Source of the DNA: the human T2T-CHM13v2.0 reference genome, Homo sapiens
Strand: one strand, 5' to 3'
NCBI RefSeq assembly: GCF_009914755.1
Contig: NC_060932.1
DNA: 64,000 bases
In this document: positions 23,721 through 37,232 of the stretch, piece after piece
Layout of the letters: each line of letters starts with the position of its first letter
Numbering within the stretch: position 1 is the stretch's first letter
The notes under the pieces: generated by a model
The model's input: only the letters and a program-made list of their open reading frames with translations
What the model was told of the DNA's origin: nothing
The model's database searches: none
Translations under genes and position numbers: made by a program

Positions 23721-26234
23721 ACAGTAAATATTGTAAACCTATATTTGTATTATAACTGCATGCACTGCAGGATTTCAGGAAGGCAAGCATCAATGTCTTC
23801 AAAGTGATTACTTCTCAATCATGATAAAATTAAGTGATCATGCATTTAAAAGGATTACTGGTATTATGTACATGTTTACATACTTTCTCTGAAATGATGG
23901 GCTTCTGCTAATTTCCTCCTTCATTTTTGTGCCTGTCACCTGTTTACCCTACTGTGTAGCCTGGATCTGCTATTAGTGCTGGCAGTTGAGATCTCTTTGA
24001 CATTTTCAGCTCGAGGGTTGGACTGAGGCATTTTCTCAGGAGGTAGAGTTTGCTGTGCCACAACCCTGTGCTCCTTGGTGTGAGTAATTAATGAAATCCA
24101 TTTTGAAATCAGCTGTTCGCCAAACAGAGAAACTTCCTGTATGTCCCACGTTACGGGTAGTACAAAAGACATCTAGTTGTTGCGGAGGTATTAGAAAATG
24201 CTTCCCAAATCCTAAAGGCCATCTTCGTGGCCAATGTAGCGTTCTCCCCAGCCTTCTGACTTAATGAGCAGGGCTATAGAATAGCCAAAAGACTACAGGC
24301 TGTGAATACCATAGTTCTGGCTACTTAATACATTTGAGACCTGAGGAAAATTACTTAATCTCTGATTAGTGAGTTTGTCATCTTGAAAATAGCCTAATGA
24401 TGACTATGATTTAGAAAAGTTGCACAGACTTACTGGGATAACACATAAAAGCACTCACCTATGGATTTGTATTTTAAAGATACTCTATTTATCCTCTCAT
24501 TATGATTCCCACAGTCACATGTATGCAGAGCATGTTTTCAAGACCTCTTTCTCAGAAGGTCTAATGAAACTGCAGTCTTTTTGAAGATTCAATGACAAAA
24601 AAAACAAAAACAAAACAAAAAAAAAACAAAAACAGGATCCAGGAAAGAACTAGCAGAAGGTATCACTTCAGACTAACAGATTCTTAGGTAAAATGATGAG
24701 CTGAGAAATTTTTCCTGAATGCAACGATTGATTGCTGACTCTGATTTCCAAATTTAGGGAAGTTCTTGTTCTGGGAGCATAATTATAATGGACAAAGTAT
24801 GTAGATATGCTGTTTCTATGATCATGTAAATTTCACACAAAGATGACTTGGACCATATGTAAATAAAAATAACACATCAATAATCAATATAGTCACCTTA
24901 GTGGAAAAAAGAATTTTTTTAGCATCATGTAAACACATGATGCTAAAAATTTGGGAAACAATACTATTCCAATAATATCTCCCAAAGAATAATATTATTG
25001 GGGAAACAATAATTCTTATATAGAATTAGAGGTTGAGTACCTCTAATCTGAAAATTCAAAATTCGAAATGGTCTAAAATCTGAAAGTTTGTGAGCACTGA
25101 CATTATGTCACAAGTGGCAAGTTTCACACCTGACCTGACGTGATGGGTCGTAGTCAAAACACAGGTGCATATCACACAATTGATTCAGCATTCTTAAGGG
25201 AAAAAAGGCCCTCTCAGTCCCCTTCAGCTATGATATATTTTTTCTGTGCATGCCCAGATTCCCCCATGCAAACATGCCCCAGAAGTGTAATAAAATGGTA
25301 TGTGTGCAGGCTGGACATGCCAATGGTAGGTTCACAATGATGATCCACATGGGGCCAAGGCCTATGCACATTACTCATTGTGGGTTTTTGTTTTTTTTTT
25401 TTGCTTATTCTCTTCTTTGTGGTGTAAAAACATTTTTGAAAATGTCTACAAATATCCATATGGGTCATGATGATAAGAGGAAGCATTTATGATGATGTAT
25501 AGTACAGAAAGTCAAGCTGTAGGAGAAATCAGACAGTGGTATAAGTGTAAAACACCTCATAGGAGAGTATGGTGTTGGAATGACCACTCTGTATGACTTG
25601 AGGAAACAGAAGTACACAGTTTTATAGTTTTATGCTGAAAGTGATTTAGAGAAATCAATGAAAAATAGAGCAACATTGCATAAAGCCAAAAACAAAGATC
25701 TCCATTGTGTGTCAAGAGTAGATCCATCAGCATTGCAGTGAATACATGGCACTTAATTGTATACTGATCATGAAACAAGCAAAGATCTATAACAAGGAAC
25801 TCAAGATTGAAGGGAACCGTGAGTATTCAGCAAACTGACTGCAGAAATTTAAAGAAAAGACATGATATTCTATTTTTTAAGACTTGTGGTGATAAAGCAT
25901 GTACTAATTATGAAACGGTAGAAAACCTCATGGATGAGTTTGCCACTGATGAAAATATGGTGCCAGAGCAAGTTTATAATGCAATGAAGCATCACTGTTT
26001 TGGTGTTATTGCCACAGAAAGCCACCGACTACAGCTGATGAGACATCCCCTACAGGAATTAAGGATGCCAAGGACAGCTTTACTGCTGAGATGTGCTAAT
26101 GCAGCAGGCAGGCATGCCTAAGTGTAAATTGCTGTGATGGGCAAAAGCTTGCATCTTTCCTGTTTCCATGGAGTGAATTTCTACCAGTCCATTATTGTTC
26201 TGACAAAAGATATGGATCACCAAGGACATCTTTT

Positions 26235-26526
26235 ATTTTTATTTTTCTTTGAGACAGGGTTTCACTGTGTTGCCTAGGCTGAAGTGCAGTGGTGTGATCA
26301 CAGCTCACTGGAGCCGCAAACTCTCAGGCTCAAGTAATTTTCCTGCCTCAGCCTCCTGAATGGCTGGTACTATAGGTACATGCTACTATACCTGGATAAT
26401 TTTTTTTGTAGAGAATGGGGTCTCACTATGTTGCACAGGTTGGTCTTGAACTCCTGTACTCAGGTGATCCTACCACCTTCGCCCTCAAAATGCTGGGATT
26501 ACAGGTATGAGCCACCAAACTTGGCC
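26235..26526 (-). mobile_element. AluJ-type element inside Tigger4
   Basis: TSD GGACATCTTTT (26224) / GGATATCTTTT (26527). Confidence 0.93.
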
Positions 26527-27061
26527 GGATATCTTTTCTTACTGTTTTCACAAACATTATGTACTAGCAGCTTGTGCTTACTGCTGGGAAGCTGGACTGG
26601 ATAATGACTGCTATATTCTGTTATTACTTGACAACTGTTCTCATCCTCTAGCTGATACTCTCATCAAAAATACTTATGTACTTTTCCCCAAATGTGACTT
26701 CATTAATTCAGCCATGTGACCAGGGTACTCTCAGATCAATGAACAGTAAATATAGAAGACACTTTCTTGAACAGCATACTAACAACAGGGAACAGAGGCA
26801 CGGGCATAAAAGGTTTTCAAACAGTTTAGCATGAAAGATGCCATATATGGTGTTGCAACACTTAGAGCACGACTGAAGACATAGTTGTATATGCCTTGGA
26901 CAACCTCTGATCTGAGACTATGTTTGGTTATGATGAACAATGTGGTAGCTTTGAAGGATTCTGCATTTCAAGTAAGAAAAAAACAATGTCTTACCTTCTT
27001 ATGTAAGCAAATATACCTTCAGAGTGCATTAGTAATCTGGAAGAAGTGGATACCAAAGAAG

Positions 27062-27342
27062 TTTTTTTTTTTTTTTTTTTTTTTTGAGACGGAGTCTCGC
27101 TCTGTCACCCAGGCCGGAGTGCGGTGGCATGATCTTGGCTCACTGCACCTTCTGCCTCCTGGGTTCCTGAGATTCTTCTGCCTCACCCTCTCGAGTAGCT
27201 GGGATTACAGGTGCCCGTCACCATGCCTGGCTACTTTTTTGTATTTCTAGTAGAGACAGGGTTTCACCACCTTCGCCAGGCTAGTCTTGAACTCCTGACC
27301 TCGTGATCCACCTGCCTCAGCCTCCCAAAATGCTGGGATTAC
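27062..27342 (-). mobile_element. AluSc/Y-like element, slightly 5' truncated, inside Tigger4
   Basis: TSD ACCAAAGAAGTTTTT at 27052 and 27343; GACCTCGTGATCC diagnostic. Confidence 0.93.
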
Positions 27343-27769
27343 ACCAAAGAAGTTTTTAACCTCGACAATGAGGCTCCAGTTGTTTGTTCATTGGTTGGTG
27401 GTAAAATAGCCTAAATGGTTCTGAATCAAGGTGATTGTGATAATAGCGATGATGAAGATGACATCGTTTACACTGCAGAAAATGTGCCTATAGACAACGT
27501 GGTGAAAAAGTGTCATGGGCTTAGTGAAGGGCTAGAGCAGCAAGCATTCAAAACAGAACAAGAAATCATGTCAGTTTATAAAGTCAGAGATGTCTAAGAC
27601 AAAAACCATTGTTAATAAGACCAGTGACTCTGCAGGAAAAATTTAAAACGCCACCCAGCAGAATGCTTCCTCATTCCTAAACTGCTTCTGATGTTTCTTC
27701 TCACCTAAAACCAAAATTCGGTGTACGGTAACCTTTTTACTAAAACCCAGCGTTGTAGGTGGAGACTGA

Positions 27770-28260
<491 letters not shown>

Positions 28261-28919
28261 TGTATGTCATATTTTTTACTGTTAAGTACTTATATGTGAA
28301 TAAGTGTAAGAACTTATTGCTTATCAGTAGCATGTAAATTCAGAGTTAGGAAAAATAGTGATGTCAAACAACTACAGATCGTCCACACGGGTGGCTGAGA
28401 TAGTGACACTTTTGCTTTCTGATGTGCACGAACTGTGTTTCATGCACAAAGGTATTAAAACTGTTGTATAAAATTATTTTCAATTGATGTGTATAAGGTA
28501 CATATAAAACATAAATTAATTTTGTGTTTAAATTCGGTTCTGTCTTCAAAATATCTCATATATATGCAAATATTCCAAAATCCAAAAAACTCGAAACACT
28601 TCCAGTTCCAAGCATTTCATATCAGGGATACTCAACATGTGGCTGGCTTTAGAAATAGGATGTGATCCCCAAAACTAGATAAAGATGAAAACAGGCATCT
28701 TTCAAGAGAGTGTCCTTAAATCAGAGATGTAGGAAAGAATCGCCTGTAGAATCTTGAAATACATACTCATCTCTGGCATCCAGCCTCATACGTTCTTATT
28801 TGATAAATGTGGTTGAGGCCTCAGTACCTGTATTTCATTTTATAGCAGCTTCATTGCTATAATTCAAGCTACCAAGTGGATTCTAGAATGCACATATGAC
28901 TCTTGCTTTAGGCCAGCAA

Positions 28920-29863
28920 TATATATGTTGCTTATCCATGTTCAATATCCATTCTTTTCTATCTTGTTCTATGATAGGGGAAATTGATTTCTAGAAGTAT
29001 TTATTCCTTTGCTCCTTCCCTGTCAAAAGCTTCAGTTCCTAGGTATCCCTTAAACTCTCTAGGATGTGCTAAGGTCTCCCTCCTTCAGGCCCAGGAGTTG
29101 TAATGGCTTTTCACTGCTCATGGATCAGGATATGTATATTATTTCTAACCCCAGGGCACTTGGTTTTCTTAAACTCAATCAATACCTTGTGTGATTAGTT
29201 TTGTGCGTCACCTTACTGGGAGATCGGGTGTCCAGACATTTGTTCAAAAGTTATTCTGTATGTCTGTGAGGGTATTTCTGGGTGAGATTAACATTTGAAT
29301 TGGTGGAGTAAACCAGATGAGCCTCCCTAATATGGCTGAACTTCACCCAATCAGCTGAAGGCCTGAATAAAACAAAAAGACTGCATAATAGGAAACTCCT
29401 CCTGCCTGACTCCTTGAGCTGCGGCATTAGTGCTTTCTTGACTTCAGACTCATTCTGAAACATTGGTTCTTCCGCCTGGAGCCTGCTGGCTTTGGACTGA
29501 AACTTACACATTTGGCTCTCAGGCTTTTGGTCCCAGACGGGAACTGCAAATAGGCTCTCCTGGGCCTCCAGCTTACTGGGTGCAGATCTTGCGACTTCTT
29601 AGCCTTCATAATCTCATGAGCCAAGTCATTGTAATAAATCTCATATATGTATATATACATATTATATATTCTATAAAATTACCTTCAGGCTATGTGATTA
29701 AAGTGCATATAAAACATACACACACAAACACACACATATATACTATTGGTCTGTTTCTCTAGAGAATATATCCTGTAAATACCTCCTTTATTAACTTCTC
29801 TTCAATTATCACATTTGGTGTGTAAAATGTGATGATTAGTTCTTTCAAGACCCTGCCTGATAC
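28920..29863 (+). mobile_element. LTR33-like ERVL LTR split by an MLT2 insertion
   Basis: CCTTCAGGCCCAGGAGTTGTAATGGCTTT..[MLT2]..TGTAAATACCTCCTTTATTAAC..GACCCTGCCTGATACA. Confidence 0.6.
29189..29772 (+). mobile_element. MLT2 (C/D-like) solo LTR
   Basis: GTGTCCAGACATTTG..GAGATTAACATTTGAATTGG..CCAATCAGCTGAAGGCCTGAATA..TAATAAATCTC..TATTGGTCTGTTTCTCTAGAGAA. Confidence 0.85.
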
Positions 29864-30609
29864 ATACACGCTAGTCCAATGAACAATAACTAATAAGTTA
29901 CTCTGTAACTTTTGTTTTGACTTTTGACTGTACTTTATAAAAATATTTAATAAACCTATAAGAGTTGATATCATTGATATTACAAAATGATTTGTATTTC
30001 TATGCCAAAAAAAAAAAACTGAGGAGTTTTACAGGAATTTTTGGAGCAATTGATTTCCTTCAAGAGGAAAGTAGGACTTTTAAAAATAGAAATTGGCTTC
30101 TTTCTCAAAGTGTTTTGCCTTTTTTTTCTAAGTTCTAAATGTAAGGGTAGATTTTGCTTCTTCAACATTTATTTCCATTTGTTTGTTGTCAGCTCTTCTA
30201 GTGCACCGGTACATGTGGGTCTTAGTGAAAACAGCTTAATTCCCAGTAGAAAGAATGTCCAATTGTTTTAATTTCCTTTATCACAGCTGTTAAGCAGCTC
30301 TTTTATCTTTGCAGTGGATCAACTTTTGTTGCATTTGAAATCCTTCAGAATGAAATTTAGTTCACAAAAAGAATATTGACCTTGGAACACACAGGTACTG
30401 ACTAAATGTGCAGGGTAGAGTAGGAAGATAGACTGGCCATTCCAGTGAGGGCTGTGGTGACTGGAGTTGTTGATCTCCTTGGAAAAAACCTGGACTGTCA
30501 TTTGGGATTTTTATTGAATATTCAGCTCAGTGCTCTCCTTGGTTCAACTCTAGTTGGCTTAAATTCTGTCCAGTATGAATCCCCATATTTTTCTTTATTT
30601 CTTTTTCAG

Positions 30610-30638
30610 AAGTGGCAAAGCTAGTTCAAGCAATGAAG
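30610..30638 (+). other. Candidate exon D, 29-nt micro-exon (phase 2 to 1), SGKASSSNE
   Basis: Strong acceptor TTTTTTCTTTATTTCTTTTTCAG| and donor AAG|GTGAGC. Confidence 0.6.
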
Positions 30639-30811
30639 GTGAGCACAATTCTCTGAGCTTAAGTGATCAGTGATCTCCATTTGCCATATGGGTTATTGAA
30701 CAGAGTTATTTTGTCTCTTTGTGTTTATTTTCTCCATCCATAAAAACCTAACTTTTCTACTTCAAAGAAGTCTATGCAAATATAGGCATAGACTCTGGAT
30801 ATTAGAAAAAG

Positions 30812-30849
30812 TAGGAATTAACCTATTATCTAATATAGGTTAATTCCTA
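30812..30849. repeat. Perfect 15-bp inverted repeat, 8-nt loop
   Basis: TAGGAATTAACCTAT-TATCTAAT-ATAGGTTAATTCCTA. Confidence 0.9.
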
Positions 30850-33129
30850 TATTCTGAGAGACATAGGTGGACATTAGGGGTCTGTGAACCCCTGGATTTA
30901 AATGTGTAAATGTGCGATGTGTAGGGGGAAGAAGTTGGAAAATCCAGAAAAGCAACTTGTTGGTTGGTTTCACATATAGCTCTCTTAGAATCCCGGTCTT
31001 CCACATAGGAATCTAGGGATCTCCTGAGGAAAAGAAGAGTAGAATCAGGTCACATACATACACATACACACCCTTGATGAATAAGGTTCAACTGATATTG
31101 TCCAACCCATATATGGGGTTCAAGGAGTGATGAGAAATTGGTCAGTCTATTTCCTGTTTAGAAAAAAAGGGCCTCTCTTGATAATTGAGGCACTCCATGC
31201 AGGCCCACCTCTGTCAACAGTAATAACCTTATTATGTTCTGTTTCCTTTCTCTCTCAGTCCCTCGGTCACTTCAACCTCTTCTCTTTCTCCAAAGTTCTC
31301 ATCTCCTTGTTTGTTTTGGCATTTCATCTAGTTCACGATTATTCTCTACTTCTCTTCTGGAGAGGAAAAGGAACCCGGTTTTTGTACACAGAGGAGAATG
31401 AAAGGCAAGACACCAGGAATCCTGGCTTCTGGGTGAAATACCTAAAGACAATGAGACACTGAGCTCCCTTATCAACCAAATGATTAAATTATAAAAATGT
31501 CTGTTTCGTGATTAGCTTGATCTTAGAATATGCCAGCCTCTAGGAAATAATGAGAAAACATAAGAGGAGAAACATTTGTCCAGCTTTGTGCATTATTCTG
31601 TTGAAAGTTTTACCTATCTCAAAAGAGTATATGACCTGAAAGGGTTTGAGTATCACTGCTTAAATGGAAAATTTTCATGTTACAGATAAGAAAACAGGTA
31701 TTCAGAAAAATGCAGAGAATTGCCCAAACTCACACAGGGAAAGGCAGAAAGGTGGAGCAGAGATATAATCCACATTCTCAGACTGTTTGTCATTCCAGTG
31801 TTCTTTCTAAAATACACTGAAAACTCTAATATCACGTGTAAAAGAAGGATGAAAAACAACTTCCTGAGGAAGATGATTTCTTTAAGAACCAGTCCTTAAG
31901 AACACTTTCTCAAGGATTCTAGTTAAGGTTCTGGTTAACAGAGGACATAGTACTTTTTCTAATAAGACCTAAGTGAGAACCCTACCTCCTTTCCCCAGTT
32001 AGGGAATACAATTTTGGAACTAGTTAGCTTTTTAGGGAAGACAGCTATAAGTAATAGTAACAAATGAGCAGCATCCCAATATTTAACCCATAATGGGAAC
32101 TCAAGAGTGTCATCTTTTGTCTTGAGAGCAAGGACCAAACAATGCTTTGTAAGTGGGAGGGAGAGAGGAAAAGAAGAGAATTTCACTTTCTTTTTCTGGC
32201 TTTAATTCCAACAGACACAAACTGATAAAATGTTCATTTGTTTTCCACTCATGACCCATAGTTCTCTGTTTTTAATGGACACATATTATAATTCACACAC
32301 ATAATCATAATTACAGACCTATATAGAAGCAAATTTGAAGATACTACCACTGTTAAAGCACCTCAATTATATCTCTTAACTCACTCTTAACTCTGATAAA
32401 TCAGGCATCTGTAATGCTTCCCAAAGTTAGCTAGTGTCCCTGTAACTACTTTTAGTGTTACTCCATTTTACAACAAAGCACTCTTTTTTCTTAGATCATA
32501 GCTTTCATTGGAACTACTTTTTGATTGCATAAGAGTCCCTAAGCTAAAAAAAGTTTACTTCCTTGTTACTTTCTGTGAACCAGTTGACTAAGACATATTT
32601 GAAGCTTCCCAAACTACTACTGTGTTAGTGCCTAAGGCACATGTGTGCAGAGTGATTAGATATACTTCACCCATGCATGTGTCTGAGTGTAGCTGAGTCA
32701 TACTCAAGTGGTACAGGCTGGTCCTACTAAGCAAACTTACTCTGGCTAGAACTGAATGGTTCTCATACACCACTGGAGCAATGTCCAAGATTTCTCTAAT
32801 TCTTCCAGCTGCCTCCAGAAATTACATGCCAACCACAATGCAGTACAATTATGCAGATCACAGAGGGCCATCAGAATGTGAACTGGGTATCATTCACAGA
32901 ATGACTGAAATAAGATGGTTTCTTAAATGCCTCATATGCCCCTACTTCTTCCTCTTTACATATAGACACCTTTTTCAGGAGTCTAATAAGGATAAAAAGG
33001 CTTAGGCCATGACCTAATGCTTTGGTAGGAAGATCCAGGGCTGGGATGATACCACTGGTGCTCAAGGCATTGCTGGTTGACACCTCGTGATCCAGGATGA
33101 CTTCTTGATTTCTCAGGACCTCTATGAAT

Positions 33130-34950
33130 TTTATTTTAGTGTTCATTCTAGAGATAATATAAACCCCTAATTTATCACTGTATACCTTGAATTAATATAT
33201 CATTTCACTTATGAAGTAAGAGTCTTACAGCAATGTTTCAATTTACACTTCTATTTCTTGTGCTGTCATATATTTTATTGCTATAAATTATAAACCCTAT
33301 GTAATGTTATTATTTTTGCCTTCCAAGAGCCAACTGACTTTTAAAGAATTTTTTTAAAAAGAAAACTAGTTCTTTATTTTTTCTTACATACTGATCATTT
33401 CCATTGTTCTTTATTCCTTCCTATAGATTTATATTTCTATGTTATATTTTATTTTACCTTGCTCTGAAGAACTTTCTTTAGCATTTTTTTTGTAATGTGG
33501 TTTGTGGAGAACAAAGTCTCTAAGCTTTTATCTAGGAATGACTTTATGTTGTCTTCATTGTTGAAGTATTTTTCCCCTGGATATAGAATTCTAGGTTGAC
33601 AGTTCTTTTTTCTCAGCACTTTAATGTTCTCTTGTTTTGTGGCCTCCATAGTTTCTGGGTAGAAGTTAGCTTTATTACTGTTACTACTTCTCCAAATGTC
33701 ATGCGCCCCTTTCCCTTGTATTTTTTTTAAGATTTTTCTTTTCTTTTTGTTTTTTCGCAGTTTGAATATGATGTGCCTATGTGTGGTTTTCTTTGTATTT
33801 AAACTGCTTAGGCTTCCTGGATTAGCGGTGTGCTGTTTTTTGAACATTTTTGGAAAAAAAAATCAGGCAAAATTTTTTGAAGTACTTTTTATGACCTATT
33901 ACCTTTGCCCTCTCTTTCTGGGATTACAATTACACATGTGTTAAACAACTTAACAATCACCTGCTTGTCATTGAATGCTTTAATTCTTAGCATTTTAAAA
34001 TTATTTATTGTTTAATGTGCTTCAATTTGAAAATTTTCTATTGACTTGTCTTCAAGTTCACTGGTATTTTCTCCTTTTGTGTCCAGTCTGCTTAAAATAC
34101 CGTCCAACAAATATTTCAGTTGCTACACCATCATTCTCAGCAAACTAACACAAGAACAGAAAACCAAATGCCACATGTTCTCACTCATAAGTGGGAGTTG
34201 AACAATGAAAACAAATGGACACAGGGAGGGGAACATCACACACCGGAGCCTATCGGCGGGTGGGGGGGTAGGGGAGGGATAGCATTAGGAGAAATACCTA
34301 ATGTAAATGACAGGTTGATGGATGCAGCAAACCACCATGGCACATGTATGCCTATGTAACAAACCTGCATGTTCTGCACATGTATCCAAGAACTTAAAGT
34401 AAAATAAAATAATAATTTTAGAATTTTCATTTTGTTCTTATTTAGTTTCAATACATGGAATATATTTAGAGTATATGAAGTTCTATATTGTCCTGAAATT
34501 TCCCATTTTTTTGTCCAATCTTTTTCTATAGCTTCTATAACATATTTATCACTGTTACTTTAAAGTCCTTATTTCTTAACTTGATCTGGAGCATTGGGGG
34601 ACATTTGTAGTTTTATTCCTATTAACTCTTTTTTCTTTTTATCATAGGTCATGTTTTTGCAAATCTAAAGATACTTTATCTGAATATTATAGATTATGTG
34701 TTTTAGAGACTTTGGATCCTGTTATAATTCCCTGAGGGGCAGTCAATCTTGTCTTGGGCTCCTTGGAGTCTCATCCCATGCATATGTTGTTCAGGGTCCA
34801 CAAAGAATTTGTGGGAAGTTTGCATGCAGATTTTGTAGGTCCTCCTCTGTGACTCCTTTCTTTCTTAAACTTTCTTAAACTCCATTCACTTAGCTACGCT
34901 GGCAGGCTCCAATTCCATCATCTGACTTCTGAGACCAGTAATGCTATCTA
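33130..34950 (-). mobile_element. Old L1M ORF1/5' region, interrupted by an L1PA 3' end
   Basis: ORF 33449-33847 (RHIIFKL..KILK..PETMEA..KVLRKKNCQPRILYP) resembles the L1 ORF1p C-terminal half. Confidence 0.85.
34125..34415 (+). mobile_element. 5'-truncated L1PA (PA7-like) 3' end
   Basis: CCATCATTCTCAGCAAACTAACACAAG..TGGGGGGGTAGGGGAGGGATAGCATTAGGAG..AGAACTTAAAGT plus A-tail. Confidence 0.93.
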
Positions 34951-35344
34951 TGATTTTCTGTTTGGTTCTCTACTTTAACTGCACTGTAGACAAGGAAATG
35001 CCCTCAGCAGAGTCAGGAGGAGGGTAAGAAAGGCAGGAGATAGCTAGGTTGTAAGGTATGAGGAGGCATTCTTTCTCAGGGTCATGAAGAGCAGGGTCAG
35101 GACTTGACAGCATGTGCCTCCTTACATGTTACACCCCAGGTGTCTCTCTTTCTTAGTTTATTCTCAGCCCTGTCTGACCTTCAGAGAAAAAAAAAAAACT
35201 ATATAAACTGGAAAAGAGAAAATAAAACTACTATTACTACAAAAGAAGACAAGAAGAGAGCAAGAAAGAAACTAAAGAAACATCTCCCTTCCCTAATAAA
35301 AACCTACTTTAAAAACATCATTATATATCCATGTATCTATACAG

Positions 35345-35442
35345 CGCGCTCGCTCTCGCTCGTTCGCTCTCGCTGGCTCTCGCTCTCGCTGGCTCTCGCT
35401 GGCTCTCGCTGGCTCTCTCGCTCTCTCTCCCGCTCTCTCTCC
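35345..35442. repeat. CpG-rich (CTCG/CTCGCTGGCT/CT)n compound repeat
   Basis: GCGCGCTCGCTCTCGCTCGTTCGCTCTCGCTGGCTCTCG...CTCTCTCC. Confidence 0.9.
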
Positions 35443-36299
35443 AAAGAGAAAGAGAGCTGAGGGAGACTATGAATTAGAGATGTCAGTGGGTTTGGGACAA
35501 AATAAAGCAGTTGGATAAGTGGGACCTGTTTTGCATTTTGGAGAAAGCTGAAATGCATTGGAGGGCCTGTGGAGGAAATGAAAACTAGAAGCAAGGCTAT
35601 TTGAATCATAGAACCCTGAAAAAGCTGGGCAGGAAGAAGCGAGAGACACCACTAAAATCAGGGGGTTGAAGTCTGCGTAATAATTAGTTAAACCTTAGCA
35701 TCCCTCCTGCTTTCCCAAATAACTAGATTCTCACTTTCCTAAATACTTCAGAAGACACAGGATGTTATTCATATGAAGAGGTGAGGATGCCCTGTCTTTG
35801 GCCAGAGGTTAAGCGTTGTATAACAAGTAGGAGGATTGAAAGAACATACATCTCTAGTGGGGATGTTCTTGGCCCTCTTTTAATACTCTTCATCCAGCAT
35901 GCTGGCAGTCAGCCTTACATATCTCTTGGCAAGGAACTGGAAGATGCTTCCCTGGAGAAGCTGGTCCAAGAGAAACGCCTACAGATACTAACATTTGAAA
36001 ATACTCCAATGAGATGGTCAGGACCTGGCCAGATTTACAACAACAATCTGAGACCTAAACCCACTTATCTCAGAAACTAATAAACCAAATAGGAAAAAAA
36101 AAAAAAAAAAAAAGACTTGTATTAGAAACAAGTGAGATACATAACATCTTGTGTTTAATAAACTGAGAATAAGCAAACAATGTACTGTTAATAAAATTTG
36201 ACTATGTTAGGCCCCAAAGAAAAATAATCTCCATAAATTTCCATAAAGAAGAATTTTTATAGACAACATTTAGCTATAAAACAGGAAATTATAAATCAC

Positions 36300-36790
36300 G
36301 AATAAAAACTTCTTGATTGCAAGCAACAGAACTTACTATGACTCTTTTAAGCAGTAGAGAAGTGTATTGGAAGGATAGCAGGGAGCTTGCAGAATCAACT
36401 ATAGGCTGGAGAACCAGGCCAGATGCAACAGAGTCCAGATCAGACATCAGGAAAGATGATCAAGGTCTAGTTCGTGTGTCACATTGTGCATTGCTATTAT
36501 TAGACACTTGCCACTACTGTAGTCTTGCTGCAGCCCTCACCTCTGGACTCTCCACATCATTGCCCTTACCACTGTAAACACTTCAACTGTCCCTACACTT
36601 TGTTCCTCCTTCAGTATTCAAAATCTAGGACAAGAACATTGAATTGGCTAAGTCTATGTCATGAACATTCCATAACTATCCTGAGGTGAGCAGAAACGAC
36701 AAGGCCAGTCCACTGGGACCCACACAACACATGCTAACCTGAAAATTAAAGGGGCGGCTGGATGCTAGGTAGCACAAAACAATAAGCAGG
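36300..36790 (-). mobile_element. Old MaLR LTR (MLT1J-N-like)
   Basis: TTGATTGCAAGCAACAGAA..TTTAAGCAG..TATTGGAAGGATA..ATTGGCTAAGTCTATGTCATG. Confidence 0.6.
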
Positions 36791-36934
36791 CACTTTTAAA
36801 AATAACAAAATAAAAATAAATGCCCTCTACTATTAATGTGAATTTAAAAATTAAATAATTCAATGGATAAATAAATGTTGATTATTTGGGAAAAATGAAA
36901 ATGTGAGCAGAACATCAAAACTGATGAGGAAATA

Positions 36935-37232
36935 CAGCCCTGTGTCACTTAATGAGGGGATACATTCTGATAAATGTGGCATTAGGCAATGTTATTGTGC
37001 CATCATCATAGACACAAACCTAGATGGTGTAGCCTACTGCACACCTAGGCCACAATACCGTACAGCATGTTACTGTACTGAACACTGTAGGCAATTATAA
37101 CAGAAGGTAAGTATTTGTGTATCAAGCAACATCTAAATATAAAAAATGTACAGTAAAAACATGACATTTTAATGTTATTGGGACCATGGTTTTATATGTG
37201 GTCTGTCATTGAAACATCTTTGTTTGGTGCAG
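36935..37232 (+). mobile_element. Tigger3a-like (MER7A) element
   Basis: GGGGATACATTCTGATAAATG..ACACAAACCTAGATGGTGTAGCCTACT..GTACAGCATGTTACTGTACTGAA..GGGACCA. Confidence 0.85.

Noticed and set aside
23959-24080. Possible additional + strand exon after a long pyrimidine tract
   Set aside because: Donor is ambiguous and the frame compatible with the chain hits a stop; not enough support
25807-26121. 104-aa ORF as a domesticated TIGD/JRK-type gene
   Set aside because: It is a frameshifted piece of the Tigger4 transposase, which still has TIRs and is interrupted by Alus
35104-35460. 118-aa Lys/Arg/Ser-rich ORF
   Set aside because: Composition comes from A-runs and the (CTCG)n repeat
37100-37112. 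Consensus donor AAG|GTAAGT
   Set aside because: Lies within Tigger3a, where the GTAAGT is part of the element; no matching acceptor
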